From an uncultured Acidobacteriaceae bacterium (lineage in GTDB: Bacteria > Acidobacteriota > Terriglobia > Terriglobales > Acidobacteriaceae), in contig CAVZBV010000002.1 of assembly GCA_963773645.1 (NCBI GenBank), forward strand, positions 1,242,600 through 1,282,599: a stretch of 40,000 bases of DNA, given 5' to 3'. The number at the start of each line of letters is the position of its first letter. Within the stretch, counting starts at the first letter, position 1. A program made the translations under genes and the position numbers. The notes beneath the pieces were generated by a model. It was not told where the DNA came from. It saw only the letters and a program-made list of their open reading frames with translations, and made no database searches. Positions 26,339 through 33,071 of the stretch are shown here, piece by piece.

Positions 26339-27874
26339 TTACGACTCACAGCCTTCGTTCGTCGAGACTTCCGCCAGCTTCGCCAGGGCCTGCCAATGCC
26401 GTGGATGCGGGCGATAGCCCTCGCGAATCCGACCCGCGTACCAGCGGGAAACTCCAATCCTCTTTGCGATAGACGTTACCGAGGCTTGCGCAAGTGCTGG
26501 CTGAATTTTCTCCGAAAACACCTGTTCGTTGAGCCATGTCGGTTGCTTCGCTGGATTCCAAGCAGCCCGCGCCTGTGCGAGCTTACGGTGCGTCGCCGCT
26601 TCTTTGGCAATCGCTTCCGGGGTATGTCCGGCAACGCGTCCCACTTTTGCGGCTTCCACTAGGCGCTTGGTTGCAACGTCAACGTCACATTCAGCGCAGT
26701 TTATTGAAGTGCCTTGAACTGGTTTGCCACACCCACGGCAAACCCTCTCAGGTTTCGGAACCTTGACCAATGGAACGTCACTTCCCTTTGCTTCGCGCTT
26801 GTTCCGCTGAGTAAGGCGGGTCGCTATCCGTTGCCGAGCAACAGTTGATGGGGGCCTGGAAATCGATGCCCAAAGCGCTTGCGCAACATATTCTGCTATC
26901 GGAGCCACGAGCTTGCTCCATGTGTGCGAAGTTTGGGCAAGTTTGATCGCTAAGGATGAAACCACCCGACAGTTCCCATTGCGATCCTCCCAGAAGTCCG
27001 ATTTGCGAAGAGGCTCATTCTGAAGCCAATTAAGAACGAATGCGTCCACCTTGGGGCGGCAGACTTCCATCAGGTCGCAAGCGAGGGAATCTCTGTTAGG
27101 TGTATCCACATGGAGCACACCAATACCTGGATCAAGGCCCATTACAGTTGCAGAAAGACGTGACTCACTTTCCAAAAGTGCGTAGAGAAGATTGAGCAGG
27201 GCGTTGGGCGGACTAGAGGCAAGACGCGGGCTATGGGTCAAGGGTGAGATGCGCGAGCCGAACCGTTTCCAATGTTCGGGCACGCGGCGCTCGTCCTTGC
27301 GTGGCCAGCAAATCGGAACATCAGACCACGCCTGCCAGTATAGCTTCGCTGCTTGGGCCTCAATCAGCCTTACTCGGTCGATGCTCTCAGCGCTCATCAA
27401 CTCATCTCTGAATCGATCAATCGCCTCTGCTGTGGAAGAATCGCACAGCATGTCGCGAACGAGCGAGGCCTGTCCCGCCAGCTTTTGACCGATGAGTTCT
27501 TTGGAAATCTTGAGCGCCGTCCCATTGCCGAGTGCGAGCGCTTGCGCTCTGCGGAGCTTGGCATCCGATGAAGAGATGGGGCCAGTGACAGCGAGCACCT
27601 TGCCTCTGCGGTCAAGCATTACGAACGCCGCGCCCACGTCAGAAATCCAGCGGAGAGCCTCAAGGGTGATGAAGCCGTCGCTCCCGATCATTACCAGCCT
27701 GCGCAGCCCGTGACCCACACGGGGCAGGCGGATGGTCCGGCGCTCGTCGGCGATTCCATCGTGCAGGATCAAATGCCCAGCGTTCACCTGGACGCGAATG
27801 CCATAGCCGTAAAGTGTGATAACTCCACGCCGGGGCAAAGCTGGACACCCGAGTTCTGCACTCGCATTGTTCAT
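26339..27874 (-). CDS. cas1: Cas1 family integrase (casposase-like) with C-terminal Zn-ribbon and HTH
   Basis: Cas1 hallmarks: N-terminal beta domain (LYGYGIRVQVNAGHLILHDG...IRLP...LVMIGSDGFITLEALRWISDVGAAFVMLD), LRRAQ, IEAQAAKLYW (E172), PPNALLNLLYALLESE, GLDPGIGVLH (H255), DSLACDLMEVCRPKVD (D267/E270). The C-terminal extension has CRGC...CAEC (379-396) and a helix-turn-helix (SVTSIAKRIGVSRWYAGRIREG). Confidence 0.9.
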   Translation of the reverse strand: MNNASAELGCPALPRRGVITLYGYGIRVQVNAGHLILHDGIADERRTIRLPRVGHGLRRLVMIGSDGFITLEALRWISDVGAAFVMLDRRGKVLAVTGPISSSDAKLRRAQALALGNGTALKISKELIGQKLAGQASLVRDMLCDSSTAEAIDRFRDELMSAESIDRVRLIEAQAAKLYWQAWSDVPICWPRKDERRVPEHWKRFGSRISPLTHSPRLASSPPNALLNLLYALLESESRLSATVMGLDPGIGVLHVDTPNRDSLACDLMEVCRPKVDAFVLNWLQNEPLRKSDFWEDRNGNCRVVSSLAIKLAQTSHTWSKLVAPIAEYVAQALWASISRPPSTVARQRIATRLTQRNKREAKGSDVPLVKVPKPERVCRGCGKPVQGTSINCAECDVDVATKRLVEAAKVGRVAGHTPEAIAKEAATHRKLAQARAAWNPAKQPTWLNEQVFSEKIQPALAQASVTSIAKRIGVSRWYAGRIREGYRPHPRHWQALAKLAEVSTNEGCES

Positions 27875-28632
27875 GTCACTTTCCGTTTCTTGCTCGATTT
27901 ACGTTTCGTCTTTCCGTATCGGGAGGATTGGAAAGGATTGTCGGGCCTTGTTGCGCCAACGAGGTTAAGCGCCGTTCTAGTCCGAATGCCGAATACAGCT
28001 CCAGCGAGAGCGCGTGATAAGAACCACAGTTGCTTCCACAAGGTGGATGGACGGCGTGAAAATTCGCAACGCGGGAAGCGGGGATCACGTCTGGCTTCGA
28101 TAAACGCTTCGGCATGTTCAGATAGATAACGTGGGAGGACGCTGCCCGCAGTGATGGGCCAAGCCGGGACCTCCACTTCCTGTGAGTCAGACCCGAGAGG
28201 CATGTCGATGGTCATAAACGCCTCCCGGCATAGGTTTCGAATCTTCCGAGGGGTTGTTTTGGGCGATAACAATGATTCGATCACATCAGGTTCGCCCCGA
28301 ACCTTGATTCGCTTTGTTGATTCTTCCTCTGCAATGAATTTCAGAATTTCACGCGACTCTTCGCGCTTTAGTGCGCTGATCCGATTCTGTTTCTTCGTCC
28401 GATCTAAAAGACCTTTTCGGATTTCCTCTTCGACTTCTTTCTCGACCCTTGCCACTTCGTGGGGACTGTAATCGATAGTTCGGTTCGGATCTGCCATCAA
28501 TCGCTCATACTCTTGTCGGTCATGGAACAGCTTGTACTTTCCTTCGGCAAGTCGCCAGAAGTCCAAATAAAGTTGCTGGGACAGGACATAAAGCTCCCAG
28601 GGGTTCGCGCGATTGGGTCTACCGGCAGGCAT
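27871..28632 (-). CDS. hypothetical protein translationally coupled to cas1
   Basis: 253 aa. Its TGA overlaps the cas1 ATG (ATGA at 27871-27874). Charged helical middle and a Lys/Arg-rich C-terminus. No motif recognised. Confidence 0.6.
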   Translation of the reverse strand: MPAGRPNRANPWELYVLSQQLYLDFWRLAEGKYKLFHDRQEYERLMADPNRTIDYSPHEVARVEKEVEEEIRKGLLDRTKKQNRISALKREESREILKFIAEEESTKRIKVRGEPDVIESLLSPKTTPRKIRNLCREAFMTIDMPLGSDSQEVEVPAWPITAGSVLPRYLSEHAEAFIEARRDPRFPRCEFSRRPSTLWKQLWFLSRALAGAVFGIRTRTALNLVGATRPDNPFQSSRYGKTKRKSSKKRKVT

Positions 28633-28752
28633 AATTAAAGGGCAAAATCTATCTCGTGTGTCTTGACTGAATCAGAAATAGCCATACCATACATAGTATA
28701 TCACTTGTTCTTGCAGCATACTAGTGCAAGGGCAATTACGGGAGGCACCAAG

Positions 28753-28983
28753 ATGCATCGAGATGAAACCGTACTGGCGGTCGGAATGATTGAAGCTGCG
28801 CGGCGGCTAGGGTTGTCGGCCCGCACCGTGGCGACGCTCGTATCGCGCCGCGAGCTTCCGAGCCGGAAGGTGGGCCGCCGGAGAATCATCCCGGTTGTGG
28901 CCCTAGAAGCTTTCGTCGGGCGTGACCATCTGAACATTCGGCCTGAGCCTTCAGGCAGCGTGGAGAGAACTACCGCAGGGTGA
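28753..28983 (+). CDS. excisionase/MerR-type helix-turn-helix DNA-binding protein
   Basis: MIEAARRLGLSARTVATLVSRRELPSRKVGRRRIIPVVALEAFV matches the HTH_17/Xis-type pattern. GGAGG lies 7 nt upstream of the ATG at 28753 (the ORF track start at 28663 is probably too early). Confidence 0.75.
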   Translation: MHRDETVLAVGMIEAARRLGLSARTVATLVSRRELPSRKVGRRRIIPVVALEAFVGRDHLNIRPEPSGSVERTTAG

Positions 28984-28986
28984 GCC

Positions 28987-29634
28987 ATGCCTTCAAAACG
29001 AAGGCCCCAGGCTCGCCGTGGAAGGAAACCTAGGGCCGGACCAAATTCGATAACTGGCAATAAAATACCACGCTCCAAGCGGGCAAACAAGCCTCGCCGC
29101 CGTGTGCATCGAGATTCCTCGCGTACAGGTCTGATTTCCAATCGTCATCGCGCACCCCGCCCATCCTCTCTTACCGTAGAGCAACTAAAGACGCGCGCGG
29201 ATGTACTGGCTGCGCACTCCGACATGTTGCGTGACCGCAACCTAACGGCGTCCCAAGCCGCTCGGGATAACGGGGTCTCTGTCCGCGATTTCTGGAAATA
29301 CATACCTAAAGCATTCAAAAAGGATTCAAGTGGACGGATTCGCGCTATAGCCGACCGCTATGTGCGAAGGATGGAGATTCCTGGACGGGATGGTCCCATC
29401 TTAATCACGGTCAGAGGGTCCAAAGCTAAGCGTGAATTTGCGCGATTCCGTAATGATGTCTTCAGTTTTCTCGCAGGGAATCGTTCTGCCCTTGACAAAT
29501 GGGACGGCGTAACTATCCAGGGTCATGAATTACTGACGGACCCTCGCATTATCCGAATGCTTGGCGAGCAAGGCAATCTCCCAGAACACTTCGGAAGCGA
29601 GCAAGTCATTCCGTACTCCAGAGGTGCCGCATGA
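28987..29634 (+). CDS. hypothetical protein with a highly basic N-terminus and a possible internal HTH
   Basis: 215 aa. The first ~60 aa are Arg/Lys/Pro-rich. LTASQAARDNGVSVRDFWKYI is HTH-like. The gene overlaps the next one by 4 nt. Confidence 0.6.
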   Translation: MPSKRRPQARRGRKPRAGPNSITGNKIPRSKRANKPRRRVHRDSSRTGLISNRHRAPRPSSLTVEQLKTRADVLAAHSDMLRDRNLTASQAARDNGVSVRDFWKYIPKAFKKDSSGRIRAIADRYVRRMEIPGRDGPILITVRGSKAKREFARFRNDVFSFLAGNRSALDKWDGVTIQGHELLTDPRIIRMLGEQGNLPEHFGSEQVIPYSRGAA

Positions 29635-29924
29635 GACGCTGCAATCTCTGCGGTAGCACTCACAAGGTAACCCAGCATCACGTTGGAGGGCAGAATTTCA
29701 TTGCTTGGTTCACGATGTCGCTCTGCGCTAAGTGTCAACTAATTTTCCACGCGAGACAACGGGCAGCCGGAATAGATCTATGCTCCACACCGAATCCCTT
29801 TCACAGGCTCATCCGTGCGCTAAAGATGACAGTTCTGTTCATGTGGATGTTGCTCGATATGGTCGAAAAGGAGATTGATTCGGACATCGAGAAAGCTAAA
29901 GCTCTGCAGGGGAACTCAAAATGA
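29631..29924 (+). CDS. small HNH-like nuclease/zinc-finger protein
   Basis: CNLCGSTHKVTQHHVGGQN...LCAKCQLIFH fits the CxxC...HH...N...CxxC..H layout of HNH domains. 97 aa with a hydrophobic C-terminal stretch. Confidence 0.6.
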   Translation: MRRCNLCGSTHKVTQHHVGGQNFIAWFTMSLCAKCQLIFHARQRAAGIDLCSTPNPFHRLIRALKMTVLFMWMLLDMVEKEIDSDIEKAKALQGNSK

Positions 29925-29934
29925 GGGATTCGAA

Positions 29935-32900
29935 ATGATCGAAACCCACGATCTCTTCCTGCGCGCCCTTGCCGTGCCTGCAGCAAAAAAGAAGAAAAAG
30001 ACCAAGGATGGCGAAAAGTTCGAGAGCTACGTGGCTGACGAACCGAAGTGGCCAGACACCGTCGTTGCGTTCGATACTGAGAGCCGGATCACAGTAGATC
30101 AGTCGCTGACTTTTGGCGTGTGGCGACGCTGCAAGCTAGTCGGACAGAAATATGAGGTCATCGAAGAGGGGATCTTCCACGCTGATGACTTACCTGCGAA
30201 AGATATCAAAATTCTCGAAACATACATGGAGACGGCGGTCCCCGATGTACGGTCATTCCCTCCCCGCTTCCCGCTCTACTCGCGCTCCAAGTTCATGAAG
30301 AAACTTTTTTGGCCCGCGCTTAAGAAACACGGCGCTATGATCTGTGGACTGAACTTGCCTTATGACTTGAGCAGACTGGCCCTGGATTGGAAGGAAGGGA
30401 ACAAGGGCGAATGGTCACTAATCATGGCCCAATACGCTGATGGAAATGAAAACTGCAATTATCCACGTATTCTCATCACTCCCATTGATAGCAAAAAGGC
30501 GATTATCAAGCTGTGGAGACCTTGGAAAAAGGTTCAGCACGAATGGAAGGACGCGGGCAGGAAGATTCATTTCCTCGATCTGCGAACGCTGCTCTGGGCG
30601 CTTTATAACAAGTCTCACTCGCTCAAGAGTGCCTGTGACAATCGAAATGGCCCGTTCAAAGAACAAGACTTGCCACAAAAGGATGACCACGACCCTACTG
30701 GCGAGGTCATACCTGATGAAATTGAGCACTGCCGTCAGGATGTCCGCTGCACGGTCGCACTACTGAACGCTTGCAAGCGGGAATTCGATAAGCACTCGGA
30801 TATGGACCTGAAGCCGTGGGATGCCTACTCGCCTGCGAGCATGGCCAAGGCCTACCTCAAAGCAATGCGGATTGAAAGGCCTGCGGTTAAGTTTAAGGTG
30901 CCGGACAAGAAAAACGCCATTTGGATGCAATCCTACTTCGGCGGGCGCTCAGAATGCCGAATACGGCACGAAGTTGTTCCCGTCGTTCCAGTCGATTTCA
31001 CTTCCGAGTATCCGTCCTGCTGCGCAAATCTCGGCCTGTTCAAATTTCTCACCGCTAAACGTCTGAAGTTTGTCGATGACACGGCAAACATACAGCGGTT
31101 CGTCACGAACATCACCCACGAACAATGCTTTCAGCGTGGAACGTGGCATGATCTAAATTTTGTGGCCCGCGTGATCCCTGATGGAGACATCCTGCCCGTT
31201 AGGACTGTTTACGACGGTGTAAGTCACAATATCGGCAACAACTATTTATCTGCAAATCCTTCCCACCCAGAACCAGTTTATGTGGCTGGGCCCGACCTGG
31301 TTGCGGCAGTGATTCAGCAACCCGGAAAGATTCCGAACATTCAACAGGCATTCAGGATCGTCCCCTCGGGAAAGCAGCTTGGAATGCGAGCGGTAAGACT
31401 CCGAGGGAGAGTTCTGATCGACCCTAACGATGATCCCGTTGACCTGTTCACAAAAATCATCGAGGAGCGTAAACGCAACAAGAATGATCCCGATCTCTAC
31501 TATTGGCTCAAGATTCTCGCCAATTCAATTTACGGATTTTTCGTGGAACTGATCCCAGAACATTTTAAGCAGCCCAAGGCTGTGATGGTATTTTCTGGTG
31601 ATGAGAGCTTTCCCGATTTCTCCAGTGTGATCGAGCGCCGGGGGAAGTGGTTCGCGCCGTTCTTGGCGACTCTTATTACATCTGCGGGAAGGCTTTTGCT
31701 CTCCTTGCTAGAGGCAGAAGTCACACGGGTAAATGGCACCTATCTATACTGCGACACCGACAGTCTGGCAATTGTGGCATCGAAAAAAGGCGGCGCACTC
31801 CGCATTCCCGGAGCTCAAGACAAGCGCATTTTGACTTTGGATGAGGTTGACGAGATTACCACCAAATTTCAGGCGCTCAATCCGTACAACCCTAATGAAG
31901 TGCCGGACCTGCTAAATCTCACGGACGATAACTACGTTTGCTCGTGTTCGCATGAACTCAAAACCGAGCATGACGAAACCGGAGTTTGTGCGGCGCGCGG
32001 ATGCAAGTGCAAAGCGGGAAAAAAGGTGAGGCGGCAATTGTGGGGTTTGGGTATAGCCGCCAAAAGGTACGCGCTGTTTGAAAGGGTATTGGACAGACGC
32101 GGAAAATTAACAGACATAAGAATCGTCAATCCTAAAGCGCACGGGATCGGTTTCCTGTACCCGCCGAAAGACAAATCGAAAAATTGGAAAAAAGACGCGC
32201 CACTGTGGATTTACGAGATGTGGGATTACATCGTGCGCGGATTCCTGGGATTACCGCGCAAACTACCCGCGTGGGCTTCCCTTCCACAAATGATGCGCTT
32301 CTCCGTATCGACTTGGAACGTGCTCAAAATGCTGGGTATGTGGGAGGGCGCACGTCCCCACAATTTTATGTTCATGGTAATGACCTCCGAGGCGTTTTCG
32401 TTTAACTTCGATTTTGATAACAAACCAAGCAAAAAACCGATGGTGATTGTGCCGTTTTCGAGCAAGCAAGGCGAATGGAGCAAACTCGAAGGGATTGACA
32501 TTCACAATAAGAACCGGCGCGGGAAGTACCGGCGTTACCGGCTGGACGATCCCGATTTTCACCCTTTCACCTACGCGCACATGATTGAGGAATACGTCCG
32601 GCACCCCGAGGCCAAGAGCCCGGGCCCGGACGGGAAGCCCTGCACAGCAGAAACTCGCGGGCTTTTAAAGCGAGCGCACATCACAGCAGGGCAGATTCGC
32701 TATATCGATAAAGAAACATCCTCAATGTGGACGCATGGCGACGATTTCAGTGTAGTCACCGATCATGACGAGACCGGGTTCAGGGTGATCGAGTACGGGA
32801 AAAGCCGAAAAATCGTACTTCCAAACTCGTTGAAACGCGAGATCGAACAAATTAAATTACGCGAGTTGATGCGAAGAGGAATTGGGCAGCACACCATTGA

Positions 32901-32982
32901 AAAAGCGCTGCACACGCATGTACGCGTAAATACCTACAGCAAAATTCTGGCCGCAATCGCGGAATACAACACCGGCACCTAA
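29935..32982 (+). CDS. polB: family B DNA polymerase with 3'-5' exonuclease domain
   Basis: ExoI VVAFDTES, ExoII GLNLPYDLSRL, ExoIII EIEHCRQDV. Motif A VDFTSEYPS, motif B KILANSIYGFF, motif C LYCDTDSLAI, KxY AAKRYALF. The start was chosen at the ATG after GAGGG, downstream of the preceding stop; the ORF track start at 29875 overlaps the HNH gene. Confidence 0.92.
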   Translation: MIETHDLFLRALAVPAAKKKKKTKDGEKFESYVADEPKWPDTVVAFDTESRITVDQSLTFGVWRRCKLVGQKYEVIEEGIFHADDLPAKDIKILETYMETAVPDVRSFPPRFPLYSRSKFMKKLFWPALKKHGAMICGLNLPYDLSRLALDWKEGNKGEWSLIMAQYADGNENCNYPRILITPIDSKKAIIKLWRPWKKVQHEWKDAGRKIHFLDLRTLLWALYNKSHSLKSACDNRNGPFKEQDLPQKDDHDPTGEVIPDEIEHCRQDVRCTVALLNACKREFDKHSDMDLKPWDAYSPASMAKAYLKAMRIERPAVKFKVPDKKNAIWMQSYFGGRSECRIRHEVVPVVPVDFTSEYPSCCANLGLFKFLTAKRLKFVDDTANIQRFVTNITHEQCFQRGTWHDLNFVARVIPDGDILPVRTVYDGVSHNIGNNYLSANPSHPEPVYVAGPDLVAAVIQQPGKIPNIQQAFRIVPSGKQLGMRAVRLRGRVLIDPNDDPVDLFTKIIEERKRNKNDPDLYYWLKILANSIYGFFVELIPEHFKQPKAVMVFSGDESFPDFSSVIERRGKWFAPFLATLITSAGRLLLSLLEAEVTRVNGTYLYCDTDSLAIVASKKGGALRIPGAQDKRILTLDEVDEITTKFQALNPYNPNEVPDLLNLTDDNYVCSCSHELKTEHDETGVCAARGCKCKAGKKVRRQLWGLGIAAKRYALFERVLDRRGKLTDIRIVNPKAHGIGFLYPPKDKSKNWKKDAPLWIYEMWDYIVRGFLGLPRKLPAWASLPQMMRFSVSTWNVLKMLGMWEGARPHNFMFMVMTSEAFSFNFDFDNKPSKKPMVIVPFSSKQGEWSKLEGIDIHNKNRRGKYRRYRLDDPDFHPFTYAHMIEEYVRHPEAKSPGPDGKPCTAETRGLLKRAHITAGQIRYIDKETSSMWTHGDDFSVVTDHDETGFRVIEYGKSRKIVLPNSLKREIEQIKLRELMRRGIGQHTIEKALHTHVRVNTYSKILAAIAEYNTGT

Positions 32983-33071
32983 GCCCGACCTATCGGCACA
33001 GCTTTCAGAGCATCGGCCATGCCTCTTGCTAGGTGTTACCATATTCTCCTTAAGTAGTATTTCAGTAAACC

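Noticed and set aside
29935-32982. Alternative reading of the polymerase as a primer-independent PolB of a pipolin, or as part of a prophage or plasmid replicon
   Set aside because: It has a standard KxY motif (AAKRYAL). It is linked to Cas1 rather than to a tyrosine recombinase, and no phage structural or plasmid partition genes are nearby. The TIR and 14-bp duplication fit a casposon. Whether it is protein-primed cannot be judged by eye.
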